Below, piece by piece: positions 16,688 to 26,680 of a stretch of 30,759 nucleotides of DNA. Source of the stretch: Verrucomicrobia bacterium UBA3869 (GTDB lineage: Bacteria; Verrucomicrobiota; Verrucomicrobiia; Opitutales; UBA9783). Numbering within the stretch: the stretch's first letter is position 1; each line of letters begins with the position of its first letter. Position numbers and translations under genes: made by a program. Under the pieces are notes generated by a model, which ran no database searches, had not been told where the DNA came from, and worked only from the letters and a program-made list of their open reading frames with translations. Location of the stretch: NCBI GenBank assembly GCA_002392285.1, contig DGGR01000007.1:1-30759 (forward strand). The letters run 5' to 3'.

Positions 16688-17869
16688 ATGAATTGGTTTA
16701 CTGTAATTTTTGCAACTCTAATAGAAGGGCTTAGTGCTTTCGGGCGGAGTTCGGCGATTAGCCCTTTTTTAGGGGCTTTATGTCAAGATTTATCGCTTTC
16801 CAAAGTGCATATTAGCGGTGCTTATTCCCTAGGGTATTTAGCGGCTGGGCTGGTTTTGCCGTTTTTGGGGCGCATTTATGATCGGGTCCCCTTGCGTTAT
16901 TTCCTACAGGGGTTAATTGGGTTATTTGGTGTCATTTGGCTGAGTTTTGGTTGGGGATTAAGCGCACTAGCCTCTCATCCTTTTGGGTGCTGGATTGGAC
17001 TGATGCTCGGGTTTATTGGCATTCGAATCTGTATTCAAGCCTATGGGGTAGTAAGAAGCGCGCTAATTGCCTCGGGATGGAATCATTGCAGAGGATTGGT
17101 TACTGCCTGCAGCGTACTGATCATTGCTTTAATAGCGTCTGTTTACCCCTATTTTTGCTACCAAGCTAGTCAACAGGTAACTTGGCAAAGCGCTTGCTTG
17201 CTGTTTGGCGGGCTTTGGTTGTTGTTTTTGATTCCGGCACGGTGGGCAGCAAAACCTATGACGCCATCTGTACCTTCTAAGAGGTTTCAGGCGTCTCGGA
17301 TCGGCACCAAAGGGATTCTGTTCTACAGTATTTTATTCATTTTGGGCTTTAAACATTTTCAGGAAAGTGGAATTGCTTTTCATTTGGTCTCAATGTGCAA
17401 AGAATTTGGGGTGGACGCCCGTTTGGTATCGGCCAGTTTTATTTCTATTACCGTGTTATCCATTGGGGTTTCTTTTATTGCCCCCCCCTTGTTTCGGCAC
17501 TTAGGGGCCCGCTTCATTCTGTTGGTGTTTTTGCTGTCTGATCTAGGAATGCTTTACGGGCTTCATTGTATTTCCAAGCAAGGGATGTTAACGCTCTTTA
17601 TTGTTTGCTCAGGGATTTATTGGGGAATACATGCGATTCTAACTCCTTTAGTCATTCCATCACTTTTTAATGAGAAAAAACTGGGGGCATTTCAAGGGAC
17701 TGCTTATGCGGCTATGAGCTTAGGGAGTGCTCTAGGCCCATTTTATTTCGCTTGGATGAAAGAATTGTATTCTTACCAAATGGGATTAAAACTTTGTTTA
17801 TTGATTGCCTTTCTCATGCCTCTAATGGGCTTGTTCATAAAGCCCACTAGTTCCTCACTAGAAGTATGA
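16688..17869 (+). CDS. MFS transporter (paralogue 2)
   Basis: 393 aa with about 12 helices. IEGLSAFGRSSAISPFLGALCQDLSLS...LPFLGRIYD is collinear with paralogue 1, and the C-terminal ...IKPTS ending is shared. Confidence 0.75.
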   Translation: MNWFTVIFATLIEGLSAFGRSSAISPFLGALCQDLSLSKVHISGAYSLGYLAAGLVLPFLGRIYDRVPLRYFLQGLIGLFGVIWLSFGWGLSALASHPFGCWIGLMLGFIGIRICIQAYGVVRSALIASGWNHCRGLVTACSVLIIALIASVYPYFCYQASQQVTWQSACLLFGGLWLLFLIPARWAAKPMTPSVPSKRFQASRIGTKGILFYSILFILGFKHFQESGIAFHLVSMCKEFGVDARLVSASFISITVLSIGVSFIAPPLFRHLGARFILLVFLLSDLGMLYGLHCISKQGMLTLFIVCSGIYWGIHAILTPLVIPSLFNEKKLGAFQGTAYAAMSLGSALGPFYFAWMKELYSYQMGLKLCLLIAFLMPLMGLFIKPTSSSLEV

Positions 17870-18486
17870 AGCAACGTGTGCACATTGTAATCCGGTATTT
17901 GGATGCTGCTTTCCCTGATCCGGGGCCTTCCCTTCAGGCAAGCTCTCCTTTTGAATTATTGATCGCCACAATATTATCGGCTCAATGCCGCGATGAGCAG
18001 GTCAATCGGGTACTGCCTGCCTTAATGAAGGCCGCACCTTCGCCCCAAAAAATGCGCCTCCTTCCTGAAGAAACCATTCAAAACCTTATTCACTCATGCG
18101 GTTTCTTTCGGGCGAAAGCGCACGCCATCTCTGCCTTGTCTCACCAATTGTGTGCGCGTTTTCACGGGCAGGTTCCTTCCACATTCGGAGATTTGGAAAG
18201 CCTGCCAGGAGTAGGGCATAAAACCGCATCGGTGGTGATGGGCCATGCATTTGGACAACCCGCTTTCCCGGTCGATACCCATATTAAACGGTTGGCCTTA
18301 AAGTGGGGATTAAGCCAGGGGCCAACTGTAGAACGGATTGAGGCTGATTTAAAGCGCTTATTTCCTCAATCCACTTGGTTTAAGCGTCATATGCAAATGA
18401 TCCTATTTGGCCGCGCTTATTGTAATCGAACCCAATGCAAACCAACGCATTTATGTTGCATTTGTAAAGCGCTACACGATAATTGA
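17866..18486 (+). CDS. nth: endonuclease III (DNA-(apurinic or apyrimidinic site) lyase)
   Basis: HhH-GPD motifs LIATILSAQCRD, LPGVGHKTA (catalytic Lys) and VDTHIKRL (catalytic Asp), with a Cys-rich C-terminus. ATGA overlap with the MFS gene. Confidence 0.9.
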   Translation: MKQRVHIVIRYLDAAFPDPGPSLQASSPFELLIATILSAQCRDEQVNRVLPALMKAAPSPQKMRLLPEETIQNLIHSCGFFRAKAHAISALSHQLCARFHGQVPSTFGDLESLPGVGHKTASVVMGHAFGQPAFPVDTHIKRLALKWGLSQGPTVERIEADLKRLFPQSTWFKRHMQMILFGRAYCNRTQCKPTHLCCICKALHDN

Positions 18487-18497
18487 GATTAGTCCTT

Positions 18498-19607
18498 TTA
18501 CCCAATCGACTGATAAATTCCTCCACCAATTAAGCAATTTTTTCGATAAAACGCGATTACTTGACCAATCGCTAAGGCACGTTGGGATTGATGAAACTCA
18601 ATTGCTGCGGTATCTTTATCCTTCCACTGCCACGTAATAAGTTGAGCATGATCGCGATAACGCGGCTTTGCCAATAGCACTTCGCCGTCCGCAGGAGGTT
18701 CCTCCAGCCAATTCAAAAAGCCAATCTGTGCGTAGGTAGCATAAAGCCCTTGAGTGGTTGGATGATCGAAACCTACAACCAAACTCCCGTTGGTGTAATC
18801 TTTTGCGACCACGACGTAATGCTCAAAATCATGGTTCGAGGGTAAACCTATGCCCTTGCGTTGACCAATGGTATAACGATGCAAACCGCGATGGGTACCC
18901 AAAACACGTCCATCAATATGGACAATTGGCCCTTCTTGATCCGGAATGTATTTCTCTAAAAATGTTTGAATAGGTACATTGCTGCTACCGAGGAAACAAA
19001 TTCCTTGGCTATCCTTGCGCTGAGCATTGGGTAAGCCTATCTCCTGCGCAATTTGACGTACCGTTTTTTTAGTTAAAGTGCCCAAAGGAAAATGCACGCA
19101 TTCCAAGTTGCTACGCTGAACCAAGCATAAAAAATAACTTTGGTCTTTGGTAGAATCGCTCCCCTCATACAGCGAAAAATGGCCTGAAACTGTGGTTTTT
19201 TGGCAATAATGGCCGGTTGCTAAGCCATCGAAGCCAGTTTGGTGCATGTGTTCCACCAAGATACCAAATTTAATGTATCGGTTGCACATAACATCTGGAT
19301 TTGGGGTTTGCCCGCTCCGGTATCCCTCAATGAGGTAATCCACAACCTTTTGACGGTACACATCGATAAAATTGATAACCTGAAAAGGAATTTGTAGATG
19401 TTCGGCGACTGAACGAGCGGAATCTAAATCCTCTTTCCATGGACATTCTTTCCACAATTCCGTTTCGTTCTGCCAAGAGCGGAAAAATACGCCTTCGACC
19501 GCATATCCTTCCTTTTGTAATAGATAAGCGGAAACGGCGCTATCCACACCTCCCGATAAAGCTACTAAGATTTTTTTATTCAGTTGCAAGCGCTTCAGAT
19601 GATTCAA
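18498..19607 (-). CDS. mnmA: tRNA 2-thiouridine(34) synthase MnmA
   Basis: PP-loop VALSGGVDSAV, DQSYFL and GICF motifs; 369 aa. Confidence 0.95.
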   Translation of the reverse strand: MNHLKRLQLNKKILVALSGGVDSAVSAYLLQKEGYAVEGVFFRSWQNETELWKECPWKEDLDSARSVAEHLQIPFQVINFIDVYRQKVVDYLIEGYRSGQTPNPDVMCNRYIKFGILVEHMHQTGFDGLATGHYCQKTTVSGHFSLYEGSDSTKDQSYFLCLVQRSNLECVHFPLGTLTKKTVRQIAQEIGLPNAQRKDSQGICFLGSSNVPIQTFLEKYIPDQEGPIVHIDGRVLGTHRGLHRYTIGQRKGIGLPSNHDFEHYVVVAKDYTNGSLVVGFDHPTTQGLYATYAQIGFLNWLEEPPADGEVLLAKPRYRDHAQLITWQWKDKDTAAIEFHQSQRALAIGQVIAFYRKNCLIGGGIYQSIG

Positions 19608-22600
19608 CCTGTTCCATTTTTACAAAACGATCCATGAATAGGTAAATAACAGGCGTTACGTAAAGCGTCATAACTTGGGCGAAAATCAAACCTCCGGCTA
19701 CGGATAATCCCAAAGGAATACGCGAAGCACCATCAGCTCCCATTCCGCATGCAATCGGCAAAATTCCCAATACGGTAGAAACTGTTGTCATCAAAATAGG
19801 ACGGAATCGTTCACAGCAGGCATCCAAAATAGCTTTTTCGGGCTTTTCCCCTTGCTTTTGCTTCATAACTGCAAAATCGACCAAAATAATACCATTTTTC
19901 TTAATAATACCCATCAACATAAATAAACCGATAAAGGCGTACAGTGAGCATTCTTGATGGAAAATGAGCAAGGTCAGCAATCCACCGGCTAATGCAACTG
20001 GTAGGGTAGATAATACGGTTAATGGATGGATCCAGTGTTCATACAAGCATCCCAATACGACATACATCACAAATACCGCAACGCACAATAAGAAGGTTAA
20101 GCTACGCATGGATTCCATAAACTCTTTGGATTCACCCCCTAATTCTCCTTCAACGCCGCTCGCCGCTAGACCCTTTGCACTTTTCTCGATAGCCTGTAAG
20201 GTCTTACTTAACGCCATTTTACCGCTCAAATTGAAGAAAATATCTGCTGAAGGGAAATTGTTTTTGTGGAACACACTGATCATACCGGATGTCTTATTGA
20301 AGCTCGCTAAAGCATCCATGGGAATCATTTTACCCGCTTGGTTTTTAACCTGCATATTCGCGATATTTTCCATGGACATCCGTTGATCTCGTTGCGAAGC
20401 AACAATAACCTTATATTGTTCGCTATCACTCTTAATGAGGTAAGAATAGTTGAGTGATAATGCGTTCTTAATAATCGCTTCCAGGGTATAAGGAGCAAGC
20501 CCATACTGAAACAAACGCCGACGATTATAATCGATGTTCATAATGGGATTATTGGTATCAAAATTACAGTTGATAGAAGCGCGGTCGATACCAGGAATCG
20601 CTGCTAAGTTCTTCAATATGGCTTGAGCCGCTTTTTGCACCCGCTCAGAATCCATCCCGGTTAAGGTGTAAACATACTTACCACGATTATTAGAAGAAGA
20701 GCTGGTTTGAATATCCAACACAGGCATCGGTTTGATCAACGGAAGAATGCCAGGGACCTGCAGCATCATCCCTTGCAATTCCTTGCAAATCGTATCGATA
20801 GATACATCCTTTAGCCCACGTATGGATTTCCGATGCTTTAAGTCCTTTAAAACCACTACCACCATTCCTTGGTTATCCGGCAACCATTCCGATGTCCCGG
20901 ACGTAATAATCGCAACCTTGGTCGAAGGGTGCTTACTGATAACCGCCTTTATCTGTTCCTGATAACGGTGCATCTGAGTAGGCGAAACTCCCGTTTGCGC
21001 CATAAATACCCCCATAATCGCTCCGCTATCACCGGCTGGCAAAAAGCTTTTGGGAAGGGTAACGAACAAATAGATCATGCCAATAATGCATACTCCCCAA
21101 ATCCCTAAAAACAACGGTCTTCGTTGGAATACCCACAGTAACTGTTTGCGATATATTTTGATAAAACTTTGCTCTAAATAATTGGCGGTTTGCTCAATAA
21201 TACTCTTATCGTTGCGCTTATGGCGTTTTAAGAAGCGCGAACACATAACGGGCGTTAGGGTTAATGACACAATACCGGATGCAAAAATCGAAACGATAAT
21301 GGTAATTGAGAACTCTCTAAAGATTCGACCAATTTGGCCCTCCATGAACACAATCGGCAAAAAGGTAGCCATTAAAGAAAACGTCATGGATAAAATAGTA
21401 AAACTAATCTCAGATGCACCTTTGAAGGATGCTTCTAAAGGGGACATTCCACTTTCCATATGACGCACCACGTTTTCCAAGAACACAATAGCATCATCAA
21501 CCAAAAAACCAATAGCCAACGTTAAGGCCATTAAAGATAAGTTATCCAAGCTATACCCTAATCCCTTCATCACAACAAAGGTAATGAACAACGATAAAGG
21601 AATAGCTACGATTGGAATGATGGTTTCGCGCACCCGTCCCAAAAACAGGAAGATAACAATTGCTACTAGGATAAAGGCAATAACAATGGTTTCTTTTACC
21701 TCATTGATGGAATCTAAAATACTTGAAGCCTTATCGTAGATAGGAATCATTTTAAGGGTCGGAGGTAAGGAAGCCTCAACGTGCGGCAACAACGCATGAA
21801 TACGCTTAGAAACCTCAACGGTATTTGCTCCTGAAGCTTGATTAACAGCCAAGACTACCAGTGAATTTGTATTAATCTTCATTTGATTAACCCACAAAGT
21901 TACTTTGGTATCTTCTGATGCCGATGCATCTTCGCACCTAGCGATGTCTTCTAAATACACAGGGCGCCCACGTTCTGCTTTAACAACAATCGAACGATAA
22001 TCCTTAGCGCGTACCAATTGCCCATTGGAGGTTAAGGTTAGGGTGTGTGTTTGCCCCTTTAACCGTCCCATGCTTAAAATCATGGAGTGGCTTTGTACCG
22101 CTTTAACAACATCATCAGGAGATAAGTGGAATAGCTGCAATTTACGGTTATCTAAATGGACGCGAACGGCTCGTGGTATCCCAAATACCTGAACTTGTGA
22201 AACCCCATCGATTTTGCTTAATTGCTGCCCGATTTTAATGTTTGCGTAATCATACAACTCAGAACTGGGCATACTTTCGCTCGCAAGGCCAATATAGAAA
22301 ATAGGATCACTGTTGGGATTCTTTTTCATGTATTGCGGATCGAAAGGCATATCGCTCGGTAGTTTATACTTAGAACGAGCAATCGCAGCCTGTACATCAA
22401 CCGTTGCTGCATCGATGGAACGCTCCAATTCAAAATTCAACGTCAAGGTGGTGCTACCCAAGCGGCTTTCGGACAAAACTTCCTTAAGTCCATCAATCTT
22501 CATGAATTCTTTTTCCAATGGACTGGCGATGGAATTTGCCATCATTTCAGCGCTCATTCCTGGGAATTGAGCCGTTACGACGATTACTGGATAATCCACC

Positions 22601-22719
22601 TTAGGAAGCGCGCTAACAGGTAAATGTCGATAGGAAGCGATCCCCAATAAGCTAATGGAAATGGATAACAGGATAGTAGCGATAGGGCGCTTAATAAAAG
22701 GATCGCAAATACTTTTCAT
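19576..22719 (-). CDS. RND multidrug efflux permease (AcrB/MdtB-like, HAE1-type)
   Basis: 1047 aa. N-terminus FIKRPIATILLSISISLLGIASYRHLPVSALPKVDYPVIVV, with a 12-TM/two-large-loop architecture typical of AcrB-family pumps. Confidence 0.95.
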   Translation of the reverse strand: MKSICDPFIKRPIATILLSISISLLGIASYRHLPVSALPKVDYPVIVVTAQFPGMSAEMMANSIASPLEKEFMKIDGLKEVLSESRLGSTTLTLNFELERSIDAATVDVQAAIARSKYKLPSDMPFDPQYMKKNPNSDPIFYIGLASESMPSSELYDYANIKIGQQLSKIDGVSQVQVFGIPRAVRVHLDNRKLQLFHLSPDDVVKAVQSHSMILSMGRLKGQTHTLTLTSNGQLVRAKDYRSIVVKAERGRPVYLEDIARCEDASASEDTKVTLWVNQMKINTNSLVVLAVNQASGANTVEVSKRIHALLPHVEASLPPTLKMIPIYDKASSILDSINEVKETIVIAFILVAIVIFLFLGRVRETIIPIVAIPLSLFITFVVMKGLGYSLDNLSLMALTLAIGFLVDDAIVFLENVVRHMESGMSPLEASFKGASEISFTILSMTFSLMATFLPIVFMEGQIGRIFREFSITIIVSIFASGIVSLTLTPVMCSRFLKRHKRNDKSIIEQTANYLEQSFIKIYRKQLLWVFQRRPLFLGIWGVCIIGMIYLFVTLPKSFLPAGDSGAIMGVFMAQTGVSPTQMHRYQEQIKAVISKHPSTKVAIITSGTSEWLPDNQGMVVVVLKDLKHRKSIRGLKDVSIDTICKELQGMMLQVPGILPLIKPMPVLDIQTSSSSNNRGKYVYTLTGMDSERVQKAAQAILKNLAAIPGIDRASINCNFDTNNPIMNIDYNRRRLFQYGLAPYTLEAIIKNALSLNYSYLIKSDSEQYKVIVASQRDQRMSMENIANMQVKNQAGKMIPMDALASFNKTSGMISVFHKNNFPSADIFFNLSGKMALSKTLQAIEKSAKGLAASGVEGELGGESKEFMESMRSLTFLLCVAVFVMYVVLGCLYEHWIHPLTVLSTLPVALAGGLLTLLIFHQECSLYAFIGLFMLMGIIKKNGIILVDFAVMKQKQGEKPEKAILDACCERFRPILMTTVSTVLGILPIACGMGADGASRIPLGLSVAGGLIFAQVMTLYVTPVIYLFMDRFVKMEQVESSEALATE

Positions 22720-22727
22720 GGATCGCT

Positions 22728-23855
22728 CTATTTAAAAGTATGAGGAGGAGTAATACTGCGGATTATCTGAACGGGCATTCCAGGAGCCAACAACGGATGG
22801 TCATCAGCAATCACCTGCATGTCTTTGCTCACGCCTTCTACAACAATCCAATTTGAATAGGTTTGGCCGACAGTAACAGGGCACATTTCTGCGCATCCTT
22901 TTTGATTAACAACGTAAACAAAACTGCCACTGTTCCCTTCATGAATGGATCCTTCTGGTACCAAGCACGCATCCGGAAGCGTTTGGTAGTAAATTTTTAA
23001 ATCAACGCCACGTCCTGCCCAAAATTCAAAATTCGCATTTTCGAATTCGACACGGAGATCAAAGGTACCAGTTGATTTATCCACTTCGTTTGCCAAAAAT
23101 ACCAACTTCCCCATTTGCACCACCGATGCATCATCAATCAACCGCGCTTCCACTTGGATTTCTTCACGATTAGCGGACAACAATGGACTTACGTATTTTT
23201 CCGAAACAAAGGTATCAACGTAAATCGGTTTCATTTGATTCAAAATCGCCAACTGCGTACCTTGAGGAACGAAGTTTTGCGCATCCACATAAGAACGGCT
23301 TAATTCCCCCTCAAATGGCGCTGAAATCACGCAATCCTCTAGGTCGATCTTTTTCAATTCAATAGCAGCTTGATCCATAGCAACTTGTGCCTTACTTGCT
23401 GCTACATTTGCCTTATAGGTATCGTATTCCTGTTGAGACAAATACTTTTCAGAACGTAATTCTTCCGAACGATTCAATTTCAGAACATTAAGCTCCAATT
23501 TTGCCTGATCGCTTTCACCTTGCGCTACACTTTGCGCTAAGGCAGCTTTAAATTTACGCTCTTTAATTTGGAACAAAACCTCGTCCTTTTTCACCCAACC
23601 ACCATTCGGACGCTTAACCTCAATCAAAGTTCCGGAAACATTAGGAATAATGATCACATGCTGGTAGGGTGTGCATTGACCAACGCAGGTTAAATAACGC
23701 TTAACAGTGGCGATTTGGGGCTGAGCAGCCGTTAGGGTTAAACGCATCGAATAACCGGCTGTTTGCTTATCGGCCTTCTTGTGATGACCCATATAAAACC
23801 ATATGCCGAAAAGCCCAATGGCGGTACCAATCCAAAAAATTTTTCTATTTCCCAT
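22728..23855 (-). CDS. RND efflux periplasmic adaptor (membrane fusion protein)
   Basis: 375 aa with an N-terminal anchor helix, a coiled-coil hairpin region (AKLELNVLKLNRSEELRS...QAAIELKKIDLEDC) and a beta-barrel C-terminus. It sits between the outer-membrane factor and the RND pump. Confidence 0.85.
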   Translation of the reverse strand: MGNRKIFWIGTAIGLFGIWFYMGHHKKADKQTAGYSMRLTLTAAQPQIATVKRYLTCVGQCTPYQHVIIIPNVSGTLIEVKRPNGGWVKKDEVLFQIKERKFKAALAQSVAQGESDQAKLELNVLKLNRSEELRSEKYLSQQEYDTYKANVAASKAQVAMDQAAIELKKIDLEDCVISAPFEGELSRSYVDAQNFVPQGTQLAILNQMKPIYVDTFVSEKYVSPLLSANREEIQVEARLIDDASVVQMGKLVFLANEVDKSTGTFDLRVEFENANFEFWAGRGVDLKIYYQTLPDACLVPEGSIHEGNSGSFVYVVNQKGCAEMCPVTVGQTYSNWIVVEGVSKDMQVIADDHPLLAPGMPVQIIRSITPPHTFK

Positions 23856-25257
23856 ACTGATATTTATCTACATCGATTTGACCTGCAACATAGGCTAATT
23901 TAGCCCAATGTATAGCTAAGCTTGATTGAGCGCTAATACGCTTTAAGCGTGCATTAGACAAGGTTTTTTGAGCGGAAAGCAAATCCAATAAGCTATTTAA
24001 GCCGGCTCCATAACCAATACGAACCGCTTTTAAACTTTCTCTAGCTGCTTTTTCTAAAGCTGTTGACGAACTCAACAGTTGCTTTGCTGACCGAAATGCA
24101 TGAAATTCGGTCCATACCTCCTGCAACACTTCTAGCTTCTTTTTATGCAACTCAAACAATTTAACCTTCATAGAAGCGTAATGCTCCAATTCCTTATACT
24201 GCTTATCAAAACCATCAAAAAGTGTCCAGGTGAGGTTAACCCCTAACCCATAATTTTTCTGCCAATTGGAATCATGACGGTAACGCAACGTATTCACACT
24301 ACCTACCAAATTAACCGCAGGTAGCCGTTCGCGCTCGGACTTCCAGTGTGCCCATTCAGCCGCATGAAGCAATTCTTCTTGCGCCAAAATATCCGCACGG
24401 TTTTGCAACGCATTCTCCATCAATTTTTCCACCTCTTCCACTAACAGTTCCGTATCATTAAAATTAATATCAATATCCAATCCGTTGGAAACCGAAAGAC
24501 CTACTGCTGTTGCCAATTCAGCACGATAACGCTCCCGATCAGCCTCAGCAGACTGCAATTCATATTCAGCATCTATTTTGTCAGCTTTTGCCAACAAAAC
24601 ATCCTGCTTTGGCGCCAATCCGTTCTCCATCCGTTTCTCCGCAGCCTGATAAGAAGCAATTGCATCCTGCAAGCTGCTCTGACGCGCGTTAATCATTGCG
24701 ATCGCTGATGCTAACTGATAGTACTTGATCTGTATATTAAATACAACCGTTTGTAGGGTGAAATTCTCGCTATAATTAGCAGCCGATAATGCATAGGCAG
24801 CACTTTCTGCACCAGCATAATCCGCACCAAATTGGAATAAACGATAATTGACGTTCAACCCAGGCCCCCAATTATCCACCTTTGTGGTTGGTTGATTTAA
24901 AATAGCCCCTGTTTGATTATGATTGGCTTGTACATTACCTACTACGGTTGGGAAATAAGGCGCTTCTGCTCGTTTTGCCTGCGCTAATGCTTGCTGTCCT
25001 TGCCACCAAGCAATACGGGTTTGTGGATTCCTAGATAAACCTAATGATAAAAGAGCTGGCAAGGAGTAACACCCAGATTCTTTTAATATATAGGGTTCTG
25101 CCTCCATAGAATTAGCGATATCCTGCGCTTGAACAAGCGTTGTATCCACCGCCGCGCTTCCCTGTTGTTGCTCGTTATACTCTTCCTGAACGGAAGCGCA
25201 TCCTGTCAACATGCTGCTAATAAATACACAACCAAAAACTCCCTTCAGGTTCCTCAT
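23845..25257 (-). CDS. TolC/OprM-like outer membrane efflux lipoprotein
   Basis: 470 aa. Signal peptide with lipobox SSMLTGC, and two internally repeated helical/beta halves typical of outer-membrane factors. 11-nt overlap with the adaptor gene. Confidence 0.85.
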   Translation of the reverse strand: MRNLKGVFGCVFISSMLTGCASVQEEYNEQQQGSAAVDTTLVQAQDIANSMEAEPYILKESGCYSLPALLSLGLSRNPQTRIAWWQGQQALAQAKRAEAPYFPTVVGNVQANHNQTGAILNQPTTKVDNWGPGLNVNYRLFQFGADYAGAESAAYALSAANYSENFTLQTVVFNIQIKYYQLASAIAMINARQSSLQDAIASYQAAEKRMENGLAPKQDVLLAKADKIDAEYELQSAEADRERYRAELATAVGLSVSNGLDIDINFNDTELLVEEVEKLMENALQNRADILAQEELLHAAEWAHWKSERERLPAVNLVGSVNTLRYRHDSNWQKNYGLGVNLTWTLFDGFDKQYKELEHYASMKVKLFELHKKKLEVLQEVWTEFHAFRSAKQLLSSSTALEKAARESLKAVRIGYGAGLNSLLDLLSAQKTLSNARLKRISAQSSLAIHWAKLAYVAGQIDVDKYQYGK

Positions 25258-25291
25258 AACCTTTTTATAATAAAGGAATGGGATACATGCG

Positions 25292-26674
25292 TCAATCGTT
25301 TTTTAGTTGTGTAATTACACTTTGAGCCCAGGTTTTCTTACGATACCAAAGGTAAAATCCTGCCAAGATGAGACAGAATTTTACCACCACTAATGCTGGA
25401 TATATAATCGGATTCCAATGGTGAATAGCCACAGCAAAATATACCGGGACCAATACCATACCTATATATAAAATTAGGTTAATAGTCAAAATCCACTTAA
25501 CCTTAAACAGGGCAAACAGGAAGCCTGTCGTACACATAAAACTTCCTTCCGTACAAAACATCAACCAATAGCCTATCATAAATAAACTCGCCTGTTTATT
25601 AAAAGCAGCATCGGATACAAACTCATTAGAGGATAAAAACTGAACAATGGGGTTCGAAAAATATAAAAAAACGCCAAAAATAACCGCCCAAATGGAAATT
25701 AACCGCACGCCTTGTTTTATGATGGTTCCCATGCGCTCAGCATACCCTGAACCAATAAGATTAGCGCAGAGCGTACAGACACTTTTACTATTTCCGTCTA
25801 AGACAAAAAATGAGAAGGTATAGAAGGTACTAACGGCACAAAATGCTTTATAATAGGCTGGCGATAAGTAATTGGCGAAACACAAATACACGCATGCCCA
25901 TCCTGCCGTATTACATACAACAACAAGTGCGTTAGGTAAACCGATTTTAAAGCATTGATGAATCACATCCCAAGACCATTGGAGTTTACCAATACCATAT
26001 TTCTCACGGTACTTTTTACGTAAAAAAAGCGTTAAAAACGACCCAAAACAAACCAAGTGAGAAATGTTGGTTCCCAAACCTGCGCCTGTAATTCCTAAAC
26101 TCGGTATTCCCAAGCCACCAAATACGAACCAATAATCCAAAATGGCATTTAAGAGGTTACCACCGATAAAAATTACTGGAATTTTCTTCGTATCACAACG
26201 ACCCACAAAAAAGGACACGATTGCTCCAAATCCTGCCAGTTCAAAAGGCATGGTCATCAAAAGCATGCGCATATACCGAATACCTTCAGGCCCAACGGTG
26301 CTTAAAAGCAGATAAGGAGCAAATAGCATTACGGGGATAAGGAGTAAATAGGATGAAAATGCAAGCATCATCACTTCCCATACTGCTGACCCAATCCGTT
26401 GAAATTGTTTGGCCCCATTGAGGCGGCCTACAATTACTTCACTACAACCAACAATTGCCATTAAACTTAGTTCGCACGTCCATACCCATGGCTGAACAGT
26501 TACGCATGCATTAAAGGCTTTTGAATGGTAATGCGCAAGAATCGCCCGATCGGTAAACACCATGAGGGAACCCGACAGCCCTGATAGCATCAGTGGCCAA
26601 GCAATTGCCCATAATTCTCGAAGACTACCCGATGGATAACGAGTAAGGGAGTTAATATTTCCAGATAAAGCCAT
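25292..26674 (-). CDS. MATE family efflux transporter
   Basis: 460 aa with about 12 TM helices. N-terminus LRELWAIAWPLMLSGLSGSLMVFTDRAILAHY is typical of the NorM/DinF-type MATE proteins. Confidence 0.85.
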   Translation of the reverse strand: MALSGNINSLTRYPSGSLRELWAIAWPLMLSGLSGSLMVFTDRAILAHYHSKAFNACVTVQPWVWTCELSLMAIVGCSEVIVGRLNGAKQFQRIGSAVWEVMMLAFSSYLLLIPVMLFAPYLLLSTVGPEGIRYMRMLLMTMPFELAGFGAIVSFFVGRCDTKKIPVIFIGGNLLNAILDYWFVFGGLGIPSLGITGAGLGTNISHLVCFGSFLTLFLRKKYREKYGIGKLQWSWDVIHQCFKIGLPNALVVVCNTAGWACVYLCFANYLSPAYYKAFCAVSTFYTFSFFVLDGNSKSVCTLCANLIGSGYAERMGTIIKQGVRLISIWAVIFGVFLYFSNPIVQFLSSNEFVSDAAFNKQASLFMIGYWLMFCTEGSFMCTTGFLFALFKVKWILTINLILYIGMVLVPVYFAVAIHHWNPIIYPALVVVKFCLILAGFYLWYRKKTWAQSVITQLKND

Positions 26675-26680
26675 AAAAAA

